From contig CAJWML010000007.1 in assembly GCA_913043285.1 (NCBI GenBank), positions 43,955-107,954 on the forward strand: a stretch of DNA of 64,000 nucleotides, in the 5' to 3' direction. This document shows positions 55,845 to 64,000 of the stretch, in pieces. This DNA is from an uncultured Cryomorphaceae bacterium. GTDB lineage: Bacteria > Bacteroidota > Bacteroidia > Flavobacteriales > Schleiferiaceae. A program made the position numbers and the translations under genes. Numbering within the stretch: the first letter of the stretch is position 1; every line of letters starts with the position of its first letter. Below the pieces are notes generated by a model. The model made no database searches. It saw only the letters and a program-made list of their open reading frames with translations, and was not told the DNA's origin.

Positions 55845-57014
55845 ATGAACTTTATACTGACAGACCTTACTGAGCGTCCACATCTGTTACCCCTGACCTT
55901 TACTCGCCCTGTAGCCGAAATACGGGTGGGAATATTGACTATCCGGGAAAAGTGGCAACATTACCTGAAGGGTGAATTGACTTACCAAACTGTGCCCTAT
56001 CTTTCGGATAAATACACGCATAATCTGCAAGGTTCCGTGGTATTCGTGAACGGAAGTGTTTGCCCAACGGAGGAAATGGTACATGCAATTGATCGTCTGG
56101 GAGAAGGAGAATGTCTGCAATTCGGTGATGTACCGATTGCTCATAAAGGAGATGCTTCGTCAGTAGGCTTTAGTGAAGAGCTTAGGAAGGTTGAGTTTAC
56201 AGGACCTTTTAGTCATATCAGCAGGCCGTGGAAAATATTTTCATCCAATGCCGAAGAACTGGAGGCCGATTTTAACCTGATCACTAAAGGGCGCACAAGT
56301 GCGTCACTGAGTTCTACCAATACGGTATTAGGCGACCGAATTTTTGTGGAAGATGGGGTGGAAGCCGAATGTGCAGTGTTCAATACCCTTTCCGGACCGA
56401 TATACCTGGGCAAGGACTCCTCGGTTATGGAAGGTTCGGTAATAAGGGGGGGGCTGGCTCTTTGTGAGCATTCGCAGCTCAAGCTAGCCACTAAAATATA
56501 CGGGGCTACCACCGTGGGGCCCCATTCAAAAGTAGGAGGAGAGGTAAATAATTCAGTAATTACCGGTTACTCCAATAAAGGTCATGATGGTTTTCTTGGC
56601 AATTCTGTTCTGGGTGAGTGGTGTAATATCGGTGCAGACTCCAATAACTCCAACCTTAAGAACAATTATGATGAAGTAAAGCTATGGAGCTATCCGCACC
56701 AGGGATTTGAAAAAACTGGCCTGCAGTTCTGTGGTCTTATAATGGGGGACCATTCCAAATGTGGAATTAATACCATGTTCAATACCGGAACGGTAGTAGG
56801 GGTCAGTGCCAATATCTTCGGTTCAGGTTTTCCCAGAAATTTTGTTCCCTCCTTCAGTTGGGGAGGAGCATCGGGCTTTACTACCTATAACTTTGATAAA
56901 GCCATGACCACCGCTTCTCTGGTTATGGAGCGTAGGGGTATTGAGTTGGATAAGGTGGAGAGTAATATCCTAAGGCACGTTTTTGACGAAACTTCAGGGT
57001 ATCGCCAGAAGTAG
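55845..57014 (+). CDS. Putative sugar nucleotidyltransferase-like protein with a left-handed beta-helix (GlmU-related)
   Basis: MNFILTDLTERPHLLPLTFTRPVAEIRVGILTI N-terminus. Hexapeptide-like repeats in the C-terminal half. Confidence 0.55.
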   Translation: MNFILTDLTERPHLLPLTFTRPVAEIRVGILTIREKWQHYLKGELTYQTVPYLSDKYTHNLQGSVVFVNGSVCPTEEMVHAIDRLGEGECLQFGDVPIAHKGDASSVGFSEELRKVEFTGPFSHISRPWKIFSSNAEELEADFNLITKGRTSASLSSTNTVLGDRIFVEDGVEAECAVFNTLSGPIYLGKDSSVMEGSVIRGGLALCEHSQLKLATKIYGATTVGPHSKVGGEVNNSVITGYSNKGHDGFLGNSVLGEWCNIGADSNNSNLKNNYDEVKLWSYPHQGFEKTGLQFCGLIMGDHSKCGINTMFNTGTVVGVSANIFGSGFPRNFVPSFSWGGASGFTTYNFDKAMTTASLVMERRGIELDKVESNILRHVFDETSGYRQK

Positions 57015-57106
57015 GTTTAACCCGTCTTTTGGCATAGCTATTGACTTTTATAGACGCCTGGCCTGACAGTGACGTTAATATGTCATTATGGCTCAAAAAA
57101 TCATAC

Positions 57107-59572
57107 ATGAAGATCAAAGACTTTATCAATATAGACAGCCTGTCATTGGATAATGTGGTTTATGAAGATGCCGAGTTTATCCCCTTAATGACCAATGAGG
57201 ATGAGGAGTTGATGGACCAGGAGGAAACTCCTGAAAATCTTGCTCTATTACCGCTACGTAATACGGTGCTTTTTCCGGGAGTGGTAATACCCATAACCGC
57301 TGGCAGGGATAAATCCATTCAGCTTTTGCGGCAGGCCAATAAGGAAAATAAGATTATTGGCGTAGTAAGCCAGTTGGATGCTGAAAATGAAGATCCTGGG
57401 GGTAAGGATGTATACAAGACTGGAACGGTGGCGCGCATCGTGCGGATGTTCAAAATGCCGGATGGAAACACTACGGTCATCATACAAGGTAAAAAAAGGT
57501 TTACGATAGAAGAGATTACGGAAGAAGAGCCTTATATGAAGGCCAGGGTCCGTATTATGCGTGACCGCAGCAGGGATAAAAAGTCGGCTGAATCCAAAGT
57601 ATTGATCGATACGATAAAGGACTTGGCCCTTAAGATCATTAAAGAATCACCCAATATTCCCAGTGAGGCGGCATTTGCCCTGAATAATATTGAGAGTGAC
57701 AACTTCCTATTGAATTTCATATCCTCCAATATGAACCTGGATGTTCCTCAAAAGCAGGAGTTGCTGGAGATGAATGATATGGATGACCGCGCGAAGAAGA
57801 TTTTGAAGCATTTGAATACCGAATTGCAGATGCTGGAAATGAAAAATGAGATTCAGAGCAAGGTTAAATCGGAGTTCGAACAGCAGCAGCGTGAATATTT
57901 CCTGCAGCAACAGATGAAGCAGATCCAGGAGGAACTGGGTGGTTCCTCTTCGGAATCGGAGATTGAGGAAATGCGTAAAAAAGGGGAAAAGAAAAAATGG
58001 TCCAAACAGGTTAAGGAAACCTTTGACAAGGAGCTGAAAAAACTACAACGTGTAAATCCCCAGGTTCCTGAATTCAGTATTCAGCGCAATTACCTGGAGT
58101 TTATGCTCGACCTGCCCTGGCAACAACACTCCAAAGATTCTTTTGACCTTAAAAAGGCGGAGAAGATACTGGACCGTGATCATTATGGTCTTGACAAGGT
58201 AAAGGAGCGCATCATAGAGCACTTGGCCGTATTAAAGCTGAAAGGTGATATGAAATCGCCTATACTTTGTCTGTATGGCCCTCCCGGTGTGGGTAAGACC
58301 AGCCTGGGAAAATCCATTGCCGAGGCCTTGGGACGCAAGTACATCCGGATGTCACTGGGTGGTTTGCGTGATGAAGCTGAGATACGCGGACACCGTAAAA
58401 CTTATATTGGAGCAATGCCCGGCCGCGTGGTGCAGAATATTAAAAAGGCCGGAACCTCCAATCCTGTTTTTGTACTGGATGAAATTGATAAGCTGGTAAG
58501 TGATGGCCATGGGGATCCTTCCTCAGCCATGCTGGAAGTTTTAGACCCGGAGCAGAACAGTGAATTTTACGATAATTACCTGGAGATGGGCTATGACTTA
58601 AGTAAGGTCATGTTCATTGCTACTGCCAATAATCTGAATACCATCCATCCAGCTCTCAGAGACCGGATGGAGATCATTGAGATCAATGGTTATACCATAG
58701 AAGAAAAGGTAGAGATAGCCCGCAGACACTTGTTGCCTAAGCAATTAAAAGAGCATGGGCTTAAGAAAGGTGACCTTAGCCTGGATAAGCGCACCATGGA
58801 ATTTGTAGTAGATAACTACACGCGTGAGTCCGGAGTTCGCGGACTGGATAAGGTCATTGCTAAGCTGGCGCGCTACGCAGCAAAAAGTGTGGCCATGGAG
58901 GTTGAGTATAAGGTAAAGCCCAAGGCCGCGGATGTGGAGAGCATTCTTGGTCCCAAAAGGTTCAATAAGGATAAATATCAGGGAAATGATATAGCCGGTG
59001 TGGTTACGGGTTTGGCCTGGACCCCCGTGGGTGGTGATATCCTGTTTATTGAATCTTCACTGAGTTCCGGTAAAGGAAAACTCACCGTAACCGGTAACCT
59101 GGGAGATGTAATGAAGGAATCAGCTGTAATTGCCATGGCGTACTTAAGGGCCCACTCTGAAGATTTTGATATAAGCCAGCAAGTATTTGAGCAGTGGGAT
59201 GTGCATATTCACTTCCCTGAAGGTGCCACGCCTAAGGATGGACCTTCAGCTGGTATTACTATTTTAACTTCATTGGCCTCACTCTTTACCCAGCGTAAAG
59301 TGAAAAAGAATATTGCCATGACCGGGGAGATCACCCTACGGGGAAAAGTGTTGCCGGTAGGAGGTATCAAAGAAAAAATCCTGGCCGCAAAACGAGCTGG
59401 CATCAAGGAAATTATCCTGTGCAAGGATAACCGGAAGGATATTGAGGAAATACGCGAAGATTATCTCCATGGCTTACAGTTCCACTACGTGGAAACTATG
59501 ATGGAGGTGATCCGGTTGGCGCTGACTGAAGAACAAGTAAAAAAGCCGATCAAGATAATAGCAAAGGCCTGA
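57107..59572 (+). CDS. lon: ATP-dependent Lon protease
   Basis: LPLRNTVLFPGVV (LON N domain), GPPGVGKTS Walker A, and PKDGPSAGI (catalytic Ser). The start at MKIKDF is chosen by typical length; the ATG at 57080 is also possible. Confidence 0.95.
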   Translation: MKIKDFINIDSLSLDNVVYEDAEFIPLMTNEDEELMDQEETPENLALLPLRNTVLFPGVVIPITAGRDKSIQLLRQANKENKIIGVVSQLDAENEDPGGKDVYKTGTVARIVRMFKMPDGNTTVIIQGKKRFTIEEITEEEPYMKARVRIMRDRSRDKKSAESKVLIDTIKDLALKIIKESPNIPSEAAFALNNIESDNFLLNFISSNMNLDVPQKQELLEMNDMDDRAKKILKHLNTELQMLEMKNEIQSKVKSEFEQQQREYFLQQQMKQIQEELGGSSSESEIEEMRKKGEKKKWSKQVKETFDKELKKLQRVNPQVPEFSIQRNYLEFMLDLPWQQHSKDSFDLKKAEKILDRDHYGLDKVKERIIEHLAVLKLKGDMKSPILCLYGPPGVGKTSLGKSIAEALGRKYIRMSLGGLRDEAEIRGHRKTYIGAMPGRVVQNIKKAGTSNPVFVLDEIDKLVSDGHGDPSSAMLEVLDPEQNSEFYDNYLEMGYDLSKVMFIATANNLNTIHPALRDRMEIIEINGYTIEEKVEIARRHLLPKQLKEHGLKKGDLSLDKRTMEFVVDNYTRESGVRGLDKVIAKLARYAAKSVAMEVEYKVKPKAADVESILGPKRFNKDKYQGNDIAGVVTGLAWTPVGGDILFIESSLSSGKGKLTVTGNLGDVMKESAVIAMAYLRAHSEDFDISQQVFEQWDVHIHFPEGATPKDGPSAGITILTSLASLFTQRKVKKNIAMTGEITLRGKVLPVGGIKEKILAAKRAGIKEIILCKDNRKDIEEIREDYLHGLQFHYVETMMEVIRLALTEEQVKKPIKIIAKA

Positions 59573-59644
59573 TTCATGCCATTTGAAGGTAGCTTGGTAA
59601 TTAATCGCGATTATATCCGTTGTATATGATATTTTCGCAACTCT

Positions 59645-60682
59645 ATGAAGAAACTGCTAGTCCTTCTCTTTATTCCTTTTTTTGGTGCCCATGCGCAAAT
59701 TGGCGGTAGTGCTACCTACCAGTTTTTGAACCTTGTGCCTTCGGCCAGGGTGGCAGGGCAGGGGAGTAATGCTATAGCCAACCCAGAGCCTGATCTTAAC
59801 TTTGCCCTGTACAATCCTTCTTTACTCAATGAGAATATGTCAGGCCAGTTTACCACCAGCCTTATCGATCACATGAGTGATATTCTCATTGGTGATGTGA
59901 ACTATGCGTACCACTTTGAGGGAATAGGTACTTTTTATCTGGGGGCACGTTACGTGGATTACGGTGACTTTGACCGTACCAACCTTATAGGTGTAAAACA
60001 AGGATTATTCACGGCCCAGGATTATGCATTTACGGCAGGATATGGGTATCAGTTGGATAGCAACTGGAGTTTTGGTGGTAATTTAAGATTCATCAACTCC
60101 ATTTACGATACCTACAACTCCTATGGCATGTCAGCCGATTTGAGTGCTACTTACCAGATCCCGTCCAAAAGGCTGGTTATTGCCTTGGTTGCCAAGAATA
60201 TGGGGTATCAGTTCAAGCCTTATTCGGACGAAAGGGAACCTTTACCATTTGAGTTGCAACTTGGGTTTTCCAACCGTTTTGAACATTTACCCCTGCGCTG
60301 GCAAATTACTTTTGAGCAGTTGGAAAAATGGGATTTGCGCTATGACGATCCTACCAACGTAACCGTAAACCAATTTACCGGTGAGGTAGAAGATAATTAC
60401 CCTTCGGTGTGGAACAATGTATTAAGACATATGGTGCTGGGTCTGGAATTTTCACCCACCCGCAGCTTTAACGTTCAGTTTGGTTATAACTTCCGTAAAA
60501 GACAGGAACTGAACCTGGATACCCGCAGAACATCTGCTGGTTTTTCCTTTGGTTTGGGTATAAAGATTTCCAAATTCCGCATTAATTATAGTCGTAACCT
60601 TTACCATGTAGCCGGTAGTGCCAATCATTTTTCCCTGATCACGGATTTTGGTGATTTCAGGCGCAAAAAAAACACCAGATGA
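59645..60682 (+). CDS. porQ: Type IX secretion system protein PorQ-like outer-membrane protein
   Basis: 345 aa. Signal peptide ending HAQ, then IGGSATYQFLNLVPSARVAGQG, typical of the PorQ family. Confidence 0.65.
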   Translation: MKKLLVLLFIPFFGAHAQIGGSATYQFLNLVPSARVAGQGSNAIANPEPDLNFALYNPSLLNENMSGQFTTSLIDHMSDILIGDVNYAYHFEGIGTFYLGARYVDYGDFDRTNLIGVKQGLFTAQDYAFTAGYGYQLDSNWSFGGNLRFINSIYDTYNSYGMSADLSATYQIPSKRLVIALVAKNMGYQFKPYSDEREPLPFELQLGFSNRFEHLPLRWQITFEQLEKWDLRYDDPTNVTVNQFTGEVEDNYPSVWNNVLRHMVLGLEFSPTRSFNVQFGYNFRKRQELNLDTRRTSAGFSFGLGIKISKFRINYSRNLYHVAGSANHFSLITDFGDFRRKKNTR

Positions 60683-61371
60683 CCTCTAAAATCACGATTG
60701 CTATTGATGGGTATTCCTCAACCGGCAAAAGCACTATGGCCCGGCAGATGGCGTATCAATTACGTTACAATTACGTGGATACCGGTGCTATGTATCGGGC
60801 CGTTACTCTTTATGCTCTGCAAAATGATCTGTTCCATCCGGCCCTTGATGTACAGAGCTTAGTGGAGAAACTTCCGGACATTGAACTTCATTTCGATAAA
60901 AGCTCATCCGGTAAAGGTTCTGATATGTTTCTCAACGGTAAAAACGTAGAAAAGCAAATAAGAGGGATGGAGGTATCCAATAAGGTGAGTGAAGTGGCTG
61001 CCGTTTCTGAGGTGCGTCATAAGCTGGTGGCCGAACAAAAAAAAATGGGAGCCCGGGGAGGTGTGGTAATGGATGGCCGGGATATTGGTACCGTGGTTTT
61101 TCCGGATGCGGAGCTCAAGATATTTATGACCGCCCGGGACCAGGTACGGGTGCAACGCAGGCTGGATGAATTACGCCATAAAGGCATGGAAGTTACCCGG
61201 CAGGAAGTGGAAGCCAACCTTCGCCAGCGCGATTTGCAGGATAGTACTCGTGAAGATAGCCCCTTAACCCGGGCTGACGATGCCAGGATATTGGATAATT
61301 CCGAAATGTCAGCTGAAGAGCAATTAAAACTGGCGTTGGGGTGGGCCGAGGAAATTATTCAGAACCTTTGA
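60679..61371 (+). CDS. cmk: Cytidylate kinase
   Basis: IAIDGYSSTGKST P-loop, YVDTGAMYRA and DGRDIGTVVFPDA motifs. Confidence 0.9.
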   Translation: MTSKITIAIDGYSSTGKSTMARQMAYQLRYNYVDTGAMYRAVTLYALQNDLFHPALDVQSLVEKLPDIELHFDKSSSGKGSDMFLNGKNVEKQIRGMEVSNKVSEVAAVSEVRHKLVAEQKKMGARGGVVMDGRDIGTVVFPDAELKIFMTARDQVRVQRRLDELRHKGMEVTRQEVEANLRQRDLQDSTREDSPLTRADDARILDNSEMSAEEQLKLALGWAEEIIQNL

Positions 61372-61684
61372 GTTCATCAGGCAGCCTGTCTTCCTGTTCA
61401 CTGATTTTCAGTAATTCCTGAATAGTAGCAATATACTTTTCGCGTGCTTCTTCCTGAGGCATACCCTCCAGTCTTTTCCAGGCATCATGTTTAAAGGTCT
61501 GGATTACGTTGGAAGATTGCTGCGGACGATCTGAGTCATTATCCCCTTCGGTGGCCTGCTTAAAATAGGCATAGGCGATGAGCATATTATCAGCCGTTTG
61601 TGGAGGCATTTTATTGGCGATATCCACATACCGCCAGAATTCTTTTTCCCTTTTGTCTATATTCTCACCCATGACAATTGGCAA
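61355..61684 (-). CDS. Acyl-CoA-binding protein (ACBP) family
   Basis: MLIAYAYFKQATEGDN...RP and FKHDAWKRLEGMPQEEAREKYI match the ACBP signature (Y.KQAT.GD / K.DAW..L.G...E.A...YI). Confidence 0.7.
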   Translation of the reverse strand: MPIVMGENIDKREKEFWRYVDIANKMPPQTADNMLIAYAYFKQATEGDNDSDRPQQSSNVIQTFKHDAWKRLEGMPQEEAREKYIATIQELLKISEQEDRLPDELKGSE

Positions 61685-61706
61685 ATAGGCTTGCTTTAAT
61701 TCAAAT

Positions 61707-62366
61707 TTACTTCAGTTCTGCTAAAACCTGTTCTCCCCCACGGGCTTTATCCCCAACTTTTACTAACACATTAGCATCAAGAGGTAAAACTACATCTACA
61801 CGCGAACCGAATTTTATGAAGCCCGAATCCTGTCCCTGGACAGCCTGGGCTCCGGCACGGGCATACATCACGATCTTACGGGCCAGCAGGCCGGCTATTT
61901 GTTTATACATAACCGGTATACCTGATTTTGTTTCAACCACCACCGTGGTGCGTTCATTCAATGTGCTGGACTTAGGATGCCAGGCCACCAGGTAAGCTCC
62001 TGGGTGGTACTTGGCGTACTTCACTTCTCCTGAAACAGGATAGCGGTTAACATGGACGTTTACAGGTGACATAAAGATGCTGATCTGGAGTCTTTTATCC
62101 TTGAAATATTCCTGCTCTTCAATTTCCTCAATGGCTACTATTCGCCCGTCTGCAGGGGCAATAACTACCTGTTCATCCGCCTTTGTAAAGCGCTTGGGAT
62201 TGCGGAAAAACTGCAACACAATAATGTACACCACCAAGGAAACAATGAGACTCAGATTTTCCACCCACTCTCTTTCAGTAATGAAGAAAATGGCTACGTT
62301 GATGATGGCCAATATGATAAGCAGTGTAAAAAGGATTTTCTTGCCCTCGGTATGGATGCGGATCAT
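61707..62366 (-). CDS. psd: Phosphatidylserine decarboxylase proenzyme
   Basis: 219 aa. N-terminal membrane helices, SPVNVHVNR, and an FGSRVDVV self-cleavage-type G-S site. Confidence 0.85.
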   Translation of the reverse strand: MIRIHTEGKKILFTLLIILAIINVAIFFITEREWVENLSLIVSLVVYIIVLQFFRNPKRFTKADEQVVIAPADGRIVAIEEIEEQEYFKDKRLQISIFMSPVNVHVNRYPVSGEVKYAKYHPGAYLVAWHPKSSTLNERTTVVVETKSGIPVMYKQIAGLLARKIVMYARAGAQAVQGQDSGFIKFGSRVDVVLPLDANVLVKVGDKARGGEQVLAELK

Positions 62367-63187
62367 AGCGTGATATCTAAAATGCGAAGATAGAAATAGG
62401 TAACCGGTAATGCGAACAATAAACTATCAATACGGTCAAGAATTCCTCCATGGCCGGGTAGGAAGCGCCCGGAATCCTTCATGTCAAAGCCCCTTTTTAT
62501 GGCAGATTCAAAGAGGTCTCCCACCGTGCCGAAGACAATAACCAGCGCGGCCATAACCAGCCAGTACTGCACAGGAAGTATATCGGTATACCGGGATAGG
62601 ATAAATGCAGCCAGCATGGTAAATACCACACCTCCTAAAAAGCCTTCCCAGGTTTTGTTGGGTGATATACGCTCCAGGAGTTTATGTTTTCCAAAACTCC
62701 TGCCTATTAAATAAGCGAAGGTGTCCGAGGTCCATATCAAAATGAAGATGGAGGCCAGTAGCCAGGGTTCGTCACCTCCCAGGGCATGTGGGATTCTTGG
62801 AAGGAGAAAAAGTGGGAAACTGATATATATAAGGCCAAACACCACATGAAAAAGCTTCTGGGGAACTTTGGCGTGTTTGATAAATACCTGGCTGATCAGC
62901 AAAACAAAAAACAGGAAAACGATCAGGAAGTGAAGAAGGCTTTCCTTTTGGGGGGAAATATCAAAGGCGCTGGAGTAGCAGTATATGGAAAGAAAAAGTA
63001 TGCCCGTCATTAAGGCCGAGGGCAGGCTGATATGCTTTTCCTTACGAAACTGCATCCATTCAATAATGGCAGAAGCGCCCAGAAACCCGGCCAGGAAAAG
63101 ATAGCCATACCCACCGCTAAAACAGGAAAAAAGAACCAGGGTGGTGTACACAAGTCCGCTTATGGCACGGGTAAATAAGTTCTGCAT
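62363..63187 (-). CDS. cdsA: Phosphatidate cytidylyltransferase
   Basis: Multi-pass membrane protein. The C-terminal signature SAIKRGFDMKDSGRFLPGHGGILDRIDS. Start set at Met16, sharing one nucleotide with the upstream TAA. Confidence 0.85.
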   Translation of the reverse strand: MQNLFTRAISGLVYTTLVLFSCFSGGYGYLFLAGFLGASAIIEWMQFRKEKHISLPSALMTGILFLSIYCYSSAFDISPQKESLLHFLIVFLFFVLLISQVFIKHAKVPQKLFHVVFGLIYISFPLFLLPRIPHALGGDEPWLLASIFILIWTSDTFAYLIGRSFGKHKLLERISPNKTWEGFLGGVVFTMLAAFILSRYTDILPVQYWLVMAALVIVFGTVGDLFESAIKRGFDMKDSGRFLPGHGGILDRIDSLLFALPVTYFYLRILDITL

Positions 63188-63828
63188 TAAAGTTGGTCTT
63201 CGAGCAGTAAAAGATAAATATCTTTTGTACAAGTAGTACCACTGCTCGTGGATTGGTCTATATCAGCCTCTTTAACAGGGCCTTTAATGGTAGTGATCTG
63301 GGAGGGAATACTCCCTTTATAGCGTTCCCGTATGCCGGTAAGTCCGGAGCGCAGGTTTTCTACGATCTGGCTGGTACGGGCTATAGTGATAAAGGTTTCG
63401 GGGAGTTCGGTAAGCTTCTTCCCGCGGGTTTGATTTTCAGAGATCATGATGCCTCCGTTAAAGGAGATCAGGAACTCACAGTCGGCACAAAAAGCATCTG
63501 CCTGCGCCAGGCCGGTATCCGTATAGTTGAGTCCCGCATTCCCAAGGATGGACTGAAGGTTGGGATCCTTACAAAAAATCAGGCTAATGCCTGATTCTCT
63601 GGTTATATTCTTTAAAAAATCGTAAGCGTCTGATTCATTCTCGCAGTAAAGGAACTTACCGCCCGACTCCGTGAAATTCTTAACAAAAGCAAGATCAACA
63701 GGTTCTTTTTGACGTGGAGCAAATTCTCCCTTTTTGGCGGGTTTGCCATGATTTTCATCTTCCGGTTTACCACTCAGTACGGAAAATACTTTGCCAAAAA
63801 AACCTTTTTTCTTCTTGGATTCCTCCAT
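63187..63828 (-). CDS. LUD domain protein (LutC/YkgG-like)
   Basis: 213 aa. The ADCEFLISFNGGIMIS...ETFITIARTSQIV pattern resembles the LUD domain. Confidence 0.5.
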   Translation of the reverse strand: MEESKKKKGFFGKVFSVLSGKPEDENHGKPAKKGEFAPRQKEPVDLAFVKNFTESGGKFLYCENESDAYDFLKNITRESGISLIFCKDPNLQSILGNAGLNYTDTGLAQADAFCADCEFLISFNGGIMISENQTRGKKLTELPETFITIARTSQIVENLRSGLTGIRERYKGSIPSQITTIKGPVKEADIDQSTSSGTTCTKDIYLLLLEDQL

Positions 63829-63863
63829 TCTTCAGCTAAGAGTTTTGCAGAGGATGCCGCTTA

Positions 63864-64000
63864 TCATTCCTGTTCCTTGTCGGCAGCTTCCTCTTTTTCG
63901 GATACCTTAATATCGGTGCCATTATGGCTACTGGATAAGTCATCACCGGTTTTAACCTCCTCCTTTTCATTATCTTCTTCTTCTTTCTGCCAGGGGCGCC
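63864..64000 (-). CDS. 3' end of a gene that continues beyond the window; possibly ftsH by synteny
   Basis: The minus frame reads RPWQKEEEDNEKEEVKTGDDLSSSHNGTDIKVSEKEEAADKEQE then TGA (63864-63866). An acidic tail followed by LUD-cdsA-psd is a common Bacteroidota arrangement. Too short to assign. Confidence 0.3.
   Translation of the reverse strand, partial: RPWQKEEEDNEKEEVKTGDDLSSSHNGTDIKVSEKEEAADKEQE

Noticed and set aside
1-64000. CRISPR arrays, tRNA/rRNA genes, integrases, transposases, prophage or toxin-antitoxin modules
   Set aside because: None of the supported translations shows recombinase, transposase, Cas, capsid or terminase motifs. I saw no regularly spaced repeat array and no tRNA-like sequence in any intergenic gap. 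This is only a visual scan, so tRNAscan, Infernal and repeat finders should confirm it.

Overview
This is a densely coding chromosomal segment that looks Bacteroidota (Flavobacteriia/Cytophagia-like). Support for that: gldF/gldG, a T9SS porQ-like gene, many signal peptides ending in 'AQ', and repeated TAnnTTTG -7-type promoter boxes. I support about 55 protein genes. I could not recognise any rRNA, tRNA, CRISPR array, integrase, transposase or phage gene by eye.

Most of the window is ordinary housekeeping: the mfd 3' end, serC-serA, lysA, an aspartate kinase, pheT, yggS, purC, phoH, gldF-gldG-DUF4340, dnaN, P5C dehydrogenase, yaaA, L31 type B, lon, porQ, cmk, psd and cdsA.

Two LytS-type kinase/LytTR regulator pairs (4088-5883 on +, 7152-8917 on -) sit in tight gene strings. 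The upstream region of each string carries direct repeats phased 21 bp apart, which is the spacing known for LytTR operators.

The only stretch that looks accessory and poorly explained is about 21.7-29.8 kb:
- A membrane-anchored protein with six CXXCH motifs, whose N-terminal part looks like cytochrome P460.
- An LpxR-like outer-membrane protein and a minimal leaderless S1 peptidase, both tightly following it.
- After a 230-bp gap, a subtilase without signal peptide or propeptide. Its stop overlaps the start of a 736-aa secreted protein that I cannot assign to any family.

This is my best candidate for an undescribed envelope-associated redox/proteolytic module. The evidence is only motif content and adjacency. 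It matches no known defence, secretion or mobile system, and it may simply be unrelated neighbours. All family assignments come from motif recognition in the supplied translations, not from searches.
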